This document shows positions 1 to 10,797 of a DNA stretch of 64,000 nt, piece after piece (the stretch's first letter is position 1; each line of letters opens with the position of its first letter). Origin of the DNA: a virus (lineage: Duplodnaviria > Caudoviricetes); the IMG/VR virus record IMGVR_UViG_3300020465_001196; one strand, 5' to 3'. Both the position numbers and the translations under genes were made by a program. Below the pieces are notes generated by a model. That model saw only the letters and a list, made by a program, of their open reading frames with translations. It ran no database searches and had not been told where the DNA came from.

Positions 1-337
1 CTTCTACCACTGCTGTAAATGATGTAGTTGTTTTTGCTGATATAGAAATAATTCTAACACATATACCACTTGTTGCTGATGCTAACCAGTCACCAACTTG
101 TATATCTAATCCATTGTATTCAAAATCTTTTCTTGTTAAGTGAGAACCATGTGATTGTGCTGTAACTGTACCTTGTATAGTCCATTGATATTGCTTTGCG
201 TTTGAACCACCTGACCACCATTTGTCACCTTGTCCATCATTATGTGGCCATTGTGCTTTGTTATTAATTGATGTTACGTTTACTGTTAAAACTTTTGCTG
301 GTTTGTTTACATCGATGTAATTAGTTTTGTAGGCCAT
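1..337 (-). CDS. Virion structural protein, truncated by the window edge (MAYKTNYIDVNKPAKVLTVNVTSINNKAQWPHNDG...)
   Basis: ATG at 337, 3 nt after the tail-fibre stop; frame open to position 1; manually translated. Confidence 0.6.
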   Translation of the reverse strand, partial: MAYKTNYIDVNKPAKVLTVNVTSINNKAQWPHNDGQGDKWWSGGSNAKQYQWTIQGTVTAQSHGSHLTRKDFEYNGLDIQVGDWLASATSGICVRIISISAKTTTSFTAVVE

Positions 338-340
338 CTA

Positions 341-3300
341 TTAGCCTCCCATTACCAATTGTACCCATGCATGAGTTACTGTACCAAATGATCTACCAGC
401 TCCTGTATCATTTTCAGATGCCTTAACTTTAACTGAAGCAAATGATCCAAATGCTGTTGGAGAACCTGATGATCCACCTCCTGGTACTTCTCTTAAAGTA
501 ACGTCTTTGTTCATATTAGTTACATTGTATTTGTTAGAAGCATATTGATAACCATAGTAAATTATGTTTGCTGGTGGATATGAATATCCTGTTGTATTAA
601 TTGTTATGTCACCACCTGATGCTGAATCAATTGATACACTTGATATACCTGATGTTTTATCTGTTATAGTTGATAATTGTCCATTTGTTGCATAGTTAAT
701 TTTAAATCTTTCAACAACTGTTGAACCACTACCACCTGATGGTGTTGCTGGTGCCCATCTTGTGTTACTATTATCCCAAGTAAGTACCTGTCCATCTGTT
801 GCCGCCGCTGTATGTACGTTTGATAAGTCTGCTAAATCAGCCGCCCCTATACGTGCATCTGCTCTTGCATTAGTAAAGTATAAATTACTTGAACCTTCTG
901 ATAATGCATCTGTGTCTGCAGGTCCACCTGAATCTGCCGCGTTAACCCAAGCACTACCATTGTATTTTAAAACTTGTCCGTTACTTGCACCTGATATTGT
1001 TACATCTGTTAAATTATTAATTGCACTTGCACCGCCGCCTGATTGTGCCACCCAAGCATAGTCTGAACCGTTCCATGAAAGAACATATCCACTTGTTGGA
1101 CCACTTTGGTTTAAGTGTGCATCAATTGATGCATTAAGATTTGTAATTCCGTATCCAGCTATTGTAGTTGGTTTGCCTGTTAATGAAGCAAATGACTGTG
1201 CTGGTACTGAAGTTAAGTAACCTGCACTTGCATGATTGCCCCAACCATATGCTGTATCCCATTGACCAACTTTTGCATCTGTAATAACATTTGAACCCAT
1301 ATCAATTGTATTACTGTTAGCATCTAGTGTACCACCAAGTTGTGGTGTTGTATCTTGTACTAATGATGTAAATGTTTCTGATGACAAGTAACCAGCACTT
1401 GCGTGGTTACCCCAACCATATGCTGTATCCCAATTTGATGAATTTGCAAGTTGACTGTTGTTTGCTAATTTAATCCAGTTACCACCGTGTGCAAAATAAC
1501 CTGCACCAGTGCCATGTACGTGAGCAAACATACCATGATATGTTGTTGCATTAGGTAATGCACCTTCTGTAGCATACATATTTGCAAATAATACTTTACC
1601 GGTTGTAGTAATATTATTACTACCCATATCAATATTAGTACCTTGTACGGCACTAATTGCTCTTGCATTTGTAAAGTAAAGGTTCGATGAACCTTCTGTC
1701 ATTTCATCTGTATTATCTTTTGTTAAAATTTGTGCATCAACATAAGCCTTAACTGATTGTTGTGATGGTAATTTTGTAGCACTATTTGATGCCATATTAT
1801 CTTCATCAATTAATGCGTTAGTAATTCTTGCATCAGCTCTTGCATCTGTATAGTATAAGTTAGATCCTTCTGATAAATCACCTGTGTCTGCCGCCGCAAG
1901 TTTTACATCAAATCTTATATCTGCTCTTGCGTCTGCTCTTGCATTTGTATAATATAAATTTGCACCTTCTGATACATCATCAGTTGTTAATGAATCCCAA
2001 CTTAATTGTCCTGCACCATCTGTTTTTAAATATTGGTTTGCTGAACCATCTGCTTGTGGCCATTTTTGACCATCAATTACAACGTCACCTGTACCATGTG
2101 GTGTAATTGTAATATTGCTGTTTGATGCTGTAGTTGAAATTCCTAATGCACCTGAAGATGATATAGCCGGTGAAGCACCTGTTGTTGTAACTGATCCAAC
2201 TGTAATTTTATTTGTTGTTTTGTTATATGTAAAGTCTGAATCACCACCAATTGTGCCACCATCATTAAATTGTACGTATGTATCTGAACCTGCCGCTGTT
2301 GACGTTCCTGCTGTTACGTTTTCCCATTTACTAGATGTACTGTTGTATCTTAAGAACTGATTGTTTTGAACTGATGCTATTGTAACATCATTCATTTCAC
2401 TTAATTCATTTTCACTTGCTACTTGTGAATCTACGTATGCTTTAACTGATTGTTGTGTTGGAACTTTAGTATTACTGTCTGAAGCCATGTTGTCTTCATC
2501 AACCATTGCATTAGTAATTCTTGCATCTGCTCTTGCATTAGTGAAATATAAATTTGTTGAACCTTCTGCAATTTCATCTGTGTTATCTTTTGTTAAAATC
2601 TGTGAGTCAACGTATGCTTTAACTGATTGCTGTGATGGTAATTTCGTAGCACTATTTGATGCCATGTTATCTTCATCAATTAATGCATTTGTTATACGTG
2701 CATCTGCTCTTGCGTCTGTATAGTATAAATTTGTTCCTTCACTTAAATTTGTTGTTGACTTCGCACTAAATCCTGCATCAACTCTAGCATCTGCTCTTGC
2801 CTGTGTATAATATAAGTTAGAGCCTTCTGATAAATCACCTGTATCTTTTGCCGCTAATCTTGTATCAAAGTCTGAGTTAAATGAACTATAAACTGTATCA
2901 GTATCATTTGCTGGTGCCCATCTGCTGTTACCATTATCCCATTTTAAAACTTGTCCATCAGTTGGAGCCGCTGTGTGTACATTTGCCAATGCATTAATAT
3001 TTGCCGCACCTATACGTACATCTGCTCTTGCATCAGCTCTTGCATTAGTAAAGTATAAATTACTTGAACCTTCTGTTAATGTATCTGTATTTGTATGTCC
3101 TGTATCACTGTTCCAAGTAACGTTACCTGAACCATCTGTTTTTAAAACTTGTCCGTTTGTACCATCTGCTATTGGTAATGTCCATGCACCTACTTTTACT
3201 GGACCTGCAAAGTATGCCGTGTCGCTTGATTCAGGTGCGTAAATTGAATATCTGTTTGTTATAGTTGCTGAACCATCTTTTGCTGTATCAACATATAAAC

Positions 3301-6121
3301 CATATGCATTTGTGGCTGTACTTCCTGCTTTGTAATTTCCAGCTCTTGCTCTAACACCAATAATATGTGATGTATTAATAGTTCCAGTGGAATCATCTCT
3401 TACTTCTGCTTGGAAGTGATGACCAACTACACCATTTGCAGTTGTATTTCCACTTGAAGTAAGATTTGTATAACTGTAATCTCCATAAAGTTTTGTAATA
3501 TCATTTACATCATTAGTACCATGTGTAAAGCCACCTAACTTTAATGTTGAATCTGTATGCCAACCTTGTTTCTTATTTGCCGCATCTGTATTAGCTGATA
3601 ATGTTTGTGTATTGTTCCAACCTGTGCTGTAATGTCTTTTTGAATTATCTGACGTTCTAGTAAAGTATGCCGCTAATCCATTAATTCTTGAAGCAAGTGT
3701 TCCTGTAAATCCTGTTGCACTAATACCTTCACCAAGTTGTACATTATTACCACTTGATTTAATTGTGCTTGTTTGTACATCTAAATTACCACCAAGTTGT
3801 GGTGTTGTATCTTGTACTAAACTTGTAAATGTTTCTGATGACAAGTAACCAGCACTTGCGTGGTTACCCCAACCATATGCTGTAATAAATTGTCCTAGGT
3901 TTGTATCTGTTAATACATTCGTACCCATATCAATTGTATTACCATTTGCATCTAGTGTTCCACCTAATTGTGGAGTAGTATCATTAACTACATCTGTAAT
4001 ACCACCTGTACCATTTGCTACCCAAACATAATCTGAACCGTTCCAAGAAAGAACATAACCCGCTGTTGGATTACTTTGATTTAAGTGTGAATCAACTCTT
4101 GCTGTTGTAAAGTATAAATTACTTGAACCTTCTGACATTTCGTCAGTATTGTCTACTGTTAAAATTCGTGCATCAACATAAGCCTTAACTGATTGCTGTG
4201 ATGGAAGTCTAGTAGCACTATTAGTTGCCATATTATCTTCATCAATTAATGCCGCTGTAATACGTGCATCAGCTCTTGCATTTGTAAAGTAAAGATTACT
4301 TGAACCTTCTCCTAAAGCATCTGTATCTGCTGGACCACCTGAGTCATCTGCTACTACCCAAGAAGTACCATTGTATTTTAAAATTTTTCCATTTGCCGCT
4401 CCAGCCGTATTAACATCTGTTAAATTATTCAATGCAACTGAAGTTAAGTAACCTGCACCACTATGGTCTCCCCAACCATATGCTGTGTTCCAGTTTGCTG
4501 AACCTAATGCTGAAACTCTTGTGTTTACTCTAGCATCTGTATAATATAAATTAGAACCTTCTGCTAAATTTGTTGTTGATTTAGTTGCTAATCTATTATC
4601 AAAATCTGTATTAGTATAACCTGCATTAGTAACCCAAGCATAATCTGATCCATTCCAACTTAATACGTAACCTGCTGTTGGATTTGATTGATTTAAATGT
4701 GTGTCTACACTTGCATTAGTATAAGCCGCTGGTAAATTTGTAAGGTTCGAACCATCTACTGCTGGTAGTTTTGCTGAACCATCTAGTTGTACAATTTTGT
4801 TTGCACTTGTACCAACGTCAACGTTTAATGTTGCATCACCTGCCGTTGCACCACCTGTTAAACCTGTACCTGCAACAACTGATGTAATATCACCTGAACC
4901 TGTATTTGATGGAGCCCATCTACTATTACCGTTGTCCCAAGCAAGTACTTGTCCGTTTGTTGGAGCCGCCGTATGTACATTTGATAATGCACTTAATACT
5001 GCGTTTGAAATTCTTGCGTCTGCTCTTGCATTTGTATAATATAAATTTGTACCTTCTGATACATCTGAAGTTGACTTACCTGATAGTCTTGTATCAAATG
5101 TACTATTGAAATCTGCTGTTGCTAATTTTGTTGCAATACTATTTGTTACTGTTGTTGAAAAGTTTGCATCATCACCTAGTGCCGCCGCAAGTTCATTTAA
5201 TGTGTTTAATGTACCTGGTGCCGCATCAACCAATGCATCAACTTTTAATTGTGCTCTTGCATCTGCTCTTGCATCTGTATAGTATAAATTTGTTCCTTCA
5301 GCAACGTCTGTTGTATTTAAAGTATCAAACTCTATTGCGTTTGCACCTGAATTAACTTTTAAATATTTTCCTGCGTCACCTGTAAAGTTTGCTGGAGTAT
5401 CTGATAAACCTACGAAAGTAGATGCACCACCTCCGCCGCCACCACTAATATCTGAACCAACTTCCCATTGTGAAGTTGATGAATTATATTTTAAAACTGA
5501 ATTGTTTACTGCACCTGATGTATCTACATCTCCTATATTATTAAGTGCCGCAATTGATCCTGCCGTAGTTGCAAGACCATAAAATCTGTTTGCATAAATT
5601 GCCGCCCATCTATTTGAGTTATTACCTATTGACCATGTATTGTCTGCTGATGGTAATACAGAAGCATTATTTTTTAATGCAAATCCATCTATTTCTGTTT
5701 TAGAGTAAACTTCTAAATTTGTTCTTGCTGTTGCTAAATTTGTTAAGCCTGATAAATTATTTGATTTTTGTAAAAAGTCTGATGATACTACACCACCTAA
5801 TTTTCCTGCATCAACATTTGCTGAAACTAATTGTAATGTTAAATCATTTGCATTTGATGTTAAACTAATACCACTTGCCGCATTTGCAATTAATGATTTA
5901 AGTTGTATATTATCGCCTGACTTACTTGTAAATAAACCAGATCCTGTACCTATATTTAATGCTGTTGTGTCGTTTGATGCTGTAATTGTTATTTCAGTAG
6001 CAGAGTTTGCCAAAGTGACATTTGTACCCGCTTTGAGAGTTTTAAACTGTAAATCATCACCAACTTTTGAACTAAAAATGATGTGTCCAGTACCTAAATT
6101 TGAACCTGTGTTATCAGCCAT
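341..6121 (-). CDS. Large tail fibre / virion fibre protein with modular internal repeats
   Basis: 1926 aa, rich in G/S/T/A/N/D; repeats EGxxNLY[YF]TxAR x13, DEDNM..SQQSVKAYVD x4, AYGWG[ND]H..AGYL x4, DTTPQLGG x3. Confidence 0.75.
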   Translation of the reverse strand: MADNTGSNLGTGHIIFSSKVGDDLQFKTLKAGTNVTLANSATEITITASNDTTALNIGTGSGLFTSKSGDNIQLKSLIANAASGISLTSNANDLTLQLVSANVDAGKLGGVVSSDFLQKSNNLSGLTNLATARTNLEVYSKTEIDGFALKNNASVLPSADNTWSIGNNSNRWAAIYANRFYGLATTAGSIAALNNIGDVDTSGAVNNSVLKYNSSTSQWEVGSDISGGGGGGASTFVGLSDTPANFTGDAGKYLKVNSGANAIEFDTLNTTDVAEGTNLYYTDARADARAQLKVDALVDAAPGTLNTLNELAAALGDDANFSTTVTNSIATKLATADFNSTFDTRLSGKSTSDVSEGTNLYYTNARADARISNAVLSALSNVHTAAPTNGQVLAWDNGNSRWAPSNTGSGDITSVVAGTGLTGGATAGDATLNVDVGTSANKIVQLDGSAKLPAVDGSNLTNLPAAYTNASVDTHLNQSNPTAGYVLSWNGSDYAWVTNAGYTNTDFDNRLATKSTTNLAEGSNLYYTDARVNTRVSALGSANWNTAYGWGDHSGAGYLTSVALNNLTDVNTAGAANGKILKYNGTSWVVADDSGGPADTDALGEGSSNLYFTNARADARITAALIDEDNMATNSATRLPSQQSVKAYVDARILTVDNTDEMSEGSSNLYFTTARVDSHLNQSNPTAGYVLSWNGSDYVWVANGTGGITDVVNDTTPQLGGTLDANGNTIDMGTNVLTDTNLGQFITAYGWGNHASAGYLSSETFTSLVQDTTPQLGGNLDVQTSTIKSSGNNVQLGEGISATGFTGTLASRINGLAAYFTRTSDNSKRHYSTGWNNTQTLSANTDAANKKQGWHTDSTLKLGGFTHGTNDVNDITKLYGDYSYTNLTSSGNTTANGVVGHHFQAEVRDDSTGTINTSHIIGVRARAGNYKAGSTATNAYGLYVDTAKDGSATITNRYSIYAPESSDTAYFAGPVKVGAWTLPIADGTNGQVLKTDGSGNVTWNSDTGHTNTDTLTEGSSNLYFTNARADARADVRIGAANINALANVHTAAPTDGQVLKWDNGNSRWAPANDTDTVYSSFNSDFDTRLAAKDTGDLSEGSNLYYTQARADARVDAGFSAKSTTNLSEGTNLYYTDARADARITNALIDEDNMASNSATKLPSQQSVKAYVDSQILTKDNTDEIAEGSTNLYFTNARADARITNAMVDEDNMASDSNTKVPTQQSVKAYVDSQVASENELSEMNDVTIASVQNNQFLRYNSTSSKWENVTAGTSTAAGSDTYVQFNDGGTIGGDSDFTYNKTTNKITVGSVTTTGASPAISSSGALGISTTASNSNITITPHGTGDVVIDGQKWPQADGSANQYLKTDGAGQLSWDSLTTDDVSEGANLYYTNARADARADIRFDVKLAAADTGDLSEGSNLYYTDARADARITNALIDEDNMASNSATKLPSQQSVKAYVDAQILTKDNTDEMTEGSSNLYFTNARAISAVQGTNIDMGSNNITTTGKVLFANMYATEGALPNATTYHGMFAHVHGTGAGYFAHGGNWIKLANNSQLANSSNWDTAYGWGNHASAGYLSSETFTSLVQDTTPQLGGTLDANSNTIDMGSNVITDAKVGQWDTAYGWGNHASAGYLTSVPAQSFASLTGKPTTIAGYGITNLNASIDAHLNQSGPTSGYVLSWNGSDYAWVAQSGGGASAINNLTDVTISGASNGQVLKYNGSAWVNAADSGGPADTDALSEGSSNLYFTNARADARIGAADLADLSNVHTAAATDGQVLTWDNSNTRWAPATPSGGSGSTVVERFKINYATNGQLSTITDKTSGISSVSIDSASGGDITINTTGYSYPPANIIYYGYQYASNKYNVTNMNKDVTLREVPGGGSSGSPTAFGSFASVKVKASENDTGAGRSFGTVTHAWVQLVMGG

Positions 6122-6174
6122 ATTGCAATATATTCCTTATAAACTATTATATGTATTTATTTCTGGAACGTATA

Positions 6175-6546
6175 TTAGTGGTTCAAAAGAATTGACGTAA
6201 CTGAACCTGCAGATCTACCAAATACTAAAGCTCTTACATATAGGTAGTTACCAGTAAACGTATATGCTGTAGTACCCGTTTGAGTAGTATATGGAACTGC
6301 ATTTAATCCACCTAATGATATTCTAAACCAATCATTCGCTCCAGGAGTCTTAGCTAACGTGCCTTCAATTGCAATTGACCCTGTAAAACCACTTAAAGTG
6401 ATACCTACAGTATGTAAACCGTCTGAAAATCCATGATAAGAATCAGCTGGAACATTGGCACTTGTTACACTTGCACCAGTAAATGGTAATGTAATGCTCG
6501 CTCCTGCGGTATCTTTTGACAACATTTGTACACTAGTTCTTGACAT
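6175..6546 (-). CDS. Small virion structural protein (beta-rich)
   Basis: 123-aa ORF in the structural block; TAAATA 5 nt upstream of the ATG. Confidence 0.5.
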   Translation of the reverse strand: MSRTSVQMLSKDTAGASITLPFTGASVTSANVPADSYHGFSDGLHTVGITLSGFTGSIAIEGTLAKTPGANDWFRISLGGLNAVPYTTQTGTTAYTFTGNYLYVRALVFGRSAGSVTSILLNH

Positions 6547-6554
6547 AAAAGTAT

Positions 6555-8432
6555 TTATCCTAAACTAATTCCTGCACCTATCGTTATTCCGCCTGAAATA
6601 GTAATATTAGTTACTGAATCATTCACTGTTAACGAATAACTTTTATCTTGATACTCAAATCCATTATCTACTCTAACAACAAAGGTATAAGTTTGCCCAC
6701 CTGTTGTAGGTCCAGGCGTACCACTTATAACACCTGTACTATTGTTTAATGTAACACTACTTGGTAAAGATCCAGATTGTATTGAAAATGTTGCTGTATG
6801 TAATTGCTCAGAAGCTGAATTTCTAACTGTTGCTGATAAATCATAACTTAAATTATTATTTTCATTTACTGTTGCAACTGCATACGTTCCACCTATACCA
6901 TTACCTGTTTGCCATGTAAAATTATAATCTTGGTAAGGTTGATATGCTCTATTTAAGTTTGTCATTCCTCCACCCCAATCAGTAATTGCACCATCAATAT
7001 CTCCATTACCTTCTAACCATGCTATTGCTGATTCTTGATTTGCTTTTGTTGTTACTCCTGCATACGTGGTTGCATCTCTATCAAAGAAACAAGCAACAAG
7101 ACCTGCTACTTGTGGTGATGCCATAGATGTACCATTTAACTTGTTAACATAATATCCTGTTGAACCAATTTGTACTGCTGAACCTGAATTTATATATGCA
7201 CTATGAATTCTTGAACCAGGAGCCCATATTCTTAATGGAGCACCATAATTTGAATACGATGCTTTGGCTAAATTATGATCATGTGCCTGTACAGCAATAT
7301 CATGTCTTGTTGATGTTCCTGATTCTATCCATGCATTACCAGGTGACTGTCCATTATTTGTTGCTTGAAAATAAATTGTATTACCAAAACTACCACCTGG
7401 TGGTGCCCCTGCTATACCTGAACGTGCTCCTGTACCATGTACATTTGGATCATGTGCTGATGCATCTTGCATATACATTTTAGTTCCAGCACCATAACCT
7501 ATATCATTATTAGAATCAAAGAAATACCAATAACCTGAATTCCAACCACCTTCAGTTGAATCATAAACTCTTTCGTTGTCATTACCTGCTGAACAAACTG
7601 TTACTATACCTGCATTATGCATATTTTTTACTAGAGTATCATAACTAGATGAACGTGTCATATGATATTGACTGCTAGGAATATTACTTGGATCCCATGA
7701 CGCAATTGAAATTGTATGACCAGGATGATTTGGTGGATAATAAGTTGATGTTGCCCAACTCATATTAACTATTGTTGGTTTGTTATTTGATTTTGCATTA
7801 TGCCATGAAGTTAAATATCCCATTGACGATGGACTGTAACCATGTGTCAACCCACCTAGGTTAGTTGTAAAAGAATGTATAGTTGCTTCTCTGGCCCAAC
7901 CTTGTGTTCTACCCGCCATTGTTCCTGCTACGTGAGTACCATGTCCATCTGGATCAGTATAAAAATTTGCACCTTGTGTTCCACCAAAATTAACTTGATT
8001 AATTCTTGATGCCGTATTGGCTTGGTTTCTAAATTCTGGATGACCTGTAACAATTCCGGTGTCCATAATAACTACATCAACATTTGCACCATTATTTTTA
8101 TATGTAAATGTTGTTGAAAGTGTTGTACTGTTTTGTGTCATAGATGCAAGTCCCCAATTATGATGTGATGTACTTACTGTTGAAGATGTATTAGGATCAA
8201 TTGACGTTGATGTATTTTTATCAAATTTTAATGTCTTTTCATAGTCTTCACTATTTGCTCCGGCCACTTTATCTGATGCTAACCATTTATCAAATTGTGC
8301 TCTGTTGGCCATTTCTACCCAGATAATTTCAGGTATAGAATCGTCTATGATAGTTACACCATCAGCTTCTAACTCAGTAATTAACTGTTCTTTTGTAATA
8401 ACTTCTATATTTGGTACTACGAGTGCTCTCAT
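6555..8432 (-). CDS. Subtilisin-like S8 serine protease with C-terminal Ig-like (He_PIG-type) domain
   Basis: Catalytic triad motifs DVVIMDTG, HGTHVAGT and GTSMASPQVAG; C-terminal GxLPSSVTLNNSTGVISGTP. Confidence 0.9.
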   Translation of the reverse strand: MRALVVPNIEVITKEQLITELEADGVTIIDDSIPEIIWVEMANRAQFDKWLASDKVAGANSEDYEKTLKFDKNTSTSIDPNTSSTVSTSHHNWGLASMTQNSTTLSTTFTYKNNGANVDVVIMDTGIVTGHPEFRNQANTASRINQVNFGGTQGANFYTDPDGHGTHVAGTMAGRTQGWAREATIHSFTTNLGGLTHGYSPSSMGYLTSWHNAKSNNKPTIVNMSWATSTYYPPNHPGHTISIASWDPSNIPSSQYHMTRSSSYDTLVKNMHNAGIVTVCSAGNDNERVYDSTEGGWNSGYWYFFDSNNDIGYGAGTKMYMQDASAHDPNVHGTGARSGIAGAPPGGSFGNTIYFQATNNGQSPGNAWIESGTSTRHDIAVQAHDHNLAKASYSNYGAPLRIWAPGSRIHSAYINSGSAVQIGSTGYYVNKLNGTSMASPQVAGLVACFFDRDATTYAGVTTKANQESAIAWLEGNGDIDGAITDWGGGMTNLNRAYQPYQDYNFTWQTGNGIGGTYAVATVNENNNLSYDLSATVRNSASEQLHTATFSIQSGSLPSSVTLNNSTGVISGTPGPTTGGQTYTFVVRVDNGFEYQDKSYSLTVNDSVTNITISGGITIGAGISLG

Positions 8433-8479
8433 GCTTTAAACCCTTTTATATGACGCTTAAAATTGGATTTAGACGCCAT
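8429..8479 (-). CDS. 16-aa basic leader ORF MASKSNFKRHIKGFKA
   Basis: ATG 10 nt after TAAATA (8490-8495); its TGA overlaps the S8 protease ATG (ATGA). Confidence 0.45.
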   Translation of the reverse strand: MASKSNFKRHIKGFKA

Positions 8480-8522
8480 TATATAGTAGTATTTATTGTT
8501 TTGTAATATATTGTATAGCCAC

Positions 8523-8555
8523 AAAAAAAGGGCGACTAAACTGCAATCGCCCTTT
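8523..8555 (-). terminator. Rho-independent terminator
   Basis: AAAGGGCGA..TCGCCCTTT stem followed by a T-tract on the minus strand. Confidence 0.8.
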
Positions 8556-8569
8556 ATAAATTAGTTATA

Positions 8570-8677
8570 TTATTGTGCGTCTACTGGCACATCTGCTGGA
8601 CTTAAAACACCAGAACCGTATATAGCGAATGCTACAAGAACGATGATTCCTACCCATACCCATTTGTTTTTTAACAT
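8570..8677 (-). CDS. 35-aa single-TM peptide MLKNKWVWVGIIVLVAFAIYGSGVLSPADVPVDAQ
   Basis: AGGAG RBS; lies between two terminators; missed by the ORF track. Confidence 0.65.
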   Translation of the reverse strand: MLKNKWVWVGIIVLVAFAIYGSGVLSPADVPVDAQ

Positions 8678-8701
8678 AATGTTTCTCCTTGATTATTCAT
8701 G

Positions 8702-8734
8702 AAAAAGGGCGGATTTTAAGGCCCGCCCCTTTTA
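8702..8734. terminator. Bidirectional-type Rho-independent terminator
   Basis: aaaaagggcgg..cccgccccttttt. Confidence 0.75.
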
Positions 8735-8770
8735 TATAGTCTGTAGTTAACTTCCAAAGTAAATTAATTA

Positions 8771-9070
8771 TTATACTTGGAAACCAGCCGCGTCAGTTAA
8801 TGCCGCACCAGTTACGCCTAAAGCGTCTGATGAATCATTAGCAACGTCTACACCTTCTAAAATTACTGTAACTGCATCAGTTGTACCTGATACGAAAGCC
8901 GCCGCACATTTTACTGCGATAACTGTCGAAGTTAATTGTAAGTTTTGAACCATTGTAGTTAATTCAGCTGTTGTAATATTTGTTTTAGCGATGTTTTTAA
9001 CGAAAATATCTTTACCGATAAATTCACCTAAAGCCGCTGTAGGTTTGTCTGCTGTTGGACCGAATGACAT
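8771..9070 (-). CDS. Ala/Thr-rich small protein, probably an abundant virion/head decoration protein
   Basis: 99 aa, GGAG RBS, followed by a terminator. Confidence 0.45.
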   Translation of the reverse strand: MSFGPTADKPTAALGEFIGKDIFVKNIAKTNITTAELTTMVQNLQLTSTVIAVKCAAAFVSGTTDAVTVILEGVDVANDSSDALGVTGAALTDAAGFQV

Positions 9071-9200
9071 AATATTGTCTCCCTATCTAAAATTTATTGA
9101 TTACAATATAACCCTTATGTTTATATCGCAACCTTTACACTTTTATTTATACCAAAGAGGCCTATATTATGTAATATTATATAGATTTCTGTAATTTTTG

Positions 9201-9653
9201 TTAAATTAAGCCTTGAAAAGTACCTTGTTTATTAATTGTAAGGCATTGTTTACGATTGTTATCTTTGTTTTTATATGATACGTGAACCCACCCACTACGT
9301 GGATCTTTACCATTATAAAACTCTAATATCAATTGATCGAAGTCTAAATTGTTCTTAATCCATTCTGCTAAATCTCTATTGCTGACCGTTGGAACTTCTA
9401 CGTCTGCCGCTTCACCAAAACAATGTTGTGATTTTTTAGAACCACCAATTGCTGTGTTTAATTTTTTACATCTGTATCCTGAATTAATTACCGTTGGTCC
9501 AAATTTATCTCTAATAGGTTGTAGTGTTTTTTCTGCAAGTGTTTGCATTTTAGAAACAATATCAGGATCTTTTGGTAAGTTATCTATGTCTTTTCTTAAG
9601 GCAGTTTGACTTTTACAAAGTTCTGCTAGTGTAAAGTTATTAGTGAGTTGCAC
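9201..9653 (-). CDS. Peptidase M15A-family endolysin
   Basis: NFTLAELCKSQTA, INSGYRC..LN..IGGS..SQH..GEAAD, DQLILEF, WVHVSY. Confidence 0.9.
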   Translation of the reverse strand: MQLTNNFTLAELCKSQTALRKDIDNLPKDPDIVSKMQTLAEKTLQPIRDKFGPTVINSGYRCKKLNTAIGGSKKSQHCFGEAADVEVPTVSNRDLAEWIKNNLDFDQLILEFYNGKDPRSGWVHVSYKNKDNNRKQCLTINKQGTFQGLI

Positions 9654-10089
9654 GATTATCTTCTCCTTTTACCATGTCTCCGTAAGTTTTGTAATCAGTT
9701 TTTGTATTTTCAACTTTTGGATATGTAATTTCACATCCGTTTTCTCCATCTTCAGATACTTCTATTTTTACATCACGTTTTGCATATTTGTCTTTGATTT
9801 GTCCATAAAGATCATCTGCAATCATTTCACATGATTTATAGTCAAGTTGTAATGTACCTTCATTATAAAGTTTTTCAAGCCATCTTTTAAATTGTATAAA
9901 TTCAATATCTCTATCATCATGGAATACTTCAATAGCAACTTTAAAATGAAATATATGTCTATGTGGATATCCTAAAAAACTAACATCATATTCATCACCT
10001 GTTGCAAGTTTAGGATCATCTAATGCCGCCGGATACTTATGTATTCCTTCTTTTCTAAATGTTACCCATATCATTCTTTGTTGTGCCAT
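9640..10089 (-). CDS. dpdL: QueD-like T-fold protein with the DpdL signature (predicted CDG decarboxylase)
   Basis: LGYPHRHIF matches LxxxHRHxF rather than the QueD CxxxHGH; also DDRDIEF and SCEMIA. Confidence 0.75.
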   Translation of the reverse strand: MAQQRMIWVTFRKEGIHKYPAALDDPKLATGDEYDVSFLGYPHRHIFHFKVAIEVFHDDRDIEFIQFKRWLEKLYNEGTLQLDYKSCEMIADDLYGQIKDKYAKRDVKIEVSEDGENGCEITYPKVENTKTDYKTYGDMVKGEDNRATH

Positions 10090-10101
10090 TGTTTCCTCCT
10101 A

Positions 10102-10797
10102 TTATGTTTCTATCTCATCACCACAATCTACATAAAAACTTGAGCTTTTGCCTGTTGAGTCTTCTTGTAGATAATAATCTGTACCATCATATATAAAATC
10201 ACTAAACACTTTAAATCCATCAAAGTTTTCATATGTGATTTCTAATTTTTTAAAATCAAAACCATCTGGACCTGTTTTAATTGATTCTTCTGCTGTCCAA
10301 CCACCTTTATTAAAATATTGTCCAAACATAAAATACTTGTCTTTACAACTATCTGATCCTGTGTGATGTTCTGCTCCACAAGTAATTTTTGCTCCACGTT
10401 TTACAAATTCTGACATATCCACAGTTTCATCTTCAACATAGTTTCCATTTTCATCTTCAAGTGCATTACCATTTTTATCAACTTCAGATATTATAATGTA
10501 CTGTGAGTCAGCATATTCAGGTCCGTTCATATGACCTATATCTTCAAACTCATAAAATTCTCTTTCAAACTGTGCTTCTTTAGGAATATCTTTATTTGCA
10601 TCTTCCATATCAAAACCTAAGTTTGACATATATTCTTCAAAATTTTCGTTATCATACCAATAATCAAATTGTTCTTTAGTTATTGATCCCATAGCAACCT
10701 CGGCTCCATATCTACCAAAGTCTATTTTAAAAAAACGTTCTGGTGTTTTAATTTTTTTAATCAATTTCTTTTGTTGTGCTATTGTTGGTGCTGACAT
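10102..10797 (-). CDS. Acidic hypothetical protein
   Basis: 231-aa ORF. Confidence 0.6.
   Translation of the reverse strand: MSAPTIAQQKKLIKKIKTPERFFKIDFGRYGAEVAMGSITKEQFDYWYDNENFEEYMSNLGFDMEDANKDIPKEAQFEREFYEFEDIGHMNGPEYADSQYIIISEVDKNGNALEDENGNYVEDETVDMSEFVKRGAKITCGAEHHTGSDSCKDKYFMFGQYFNKGGWTAEESIKTGPDGFDFKKLEITYENFDGFKVFSDFIYDGTDYYLQEDSTGKSSSFYVDCGDEIET

Noticed and set aside
341-6121. Repeats as a CRISPR array or DGR template/variable pair
   Set aside because: Repeats are in frame, irregularly spaced and vary mainly at synonymous sites, not specifically at adenines; no reverse transcriptase or cas gene in the window
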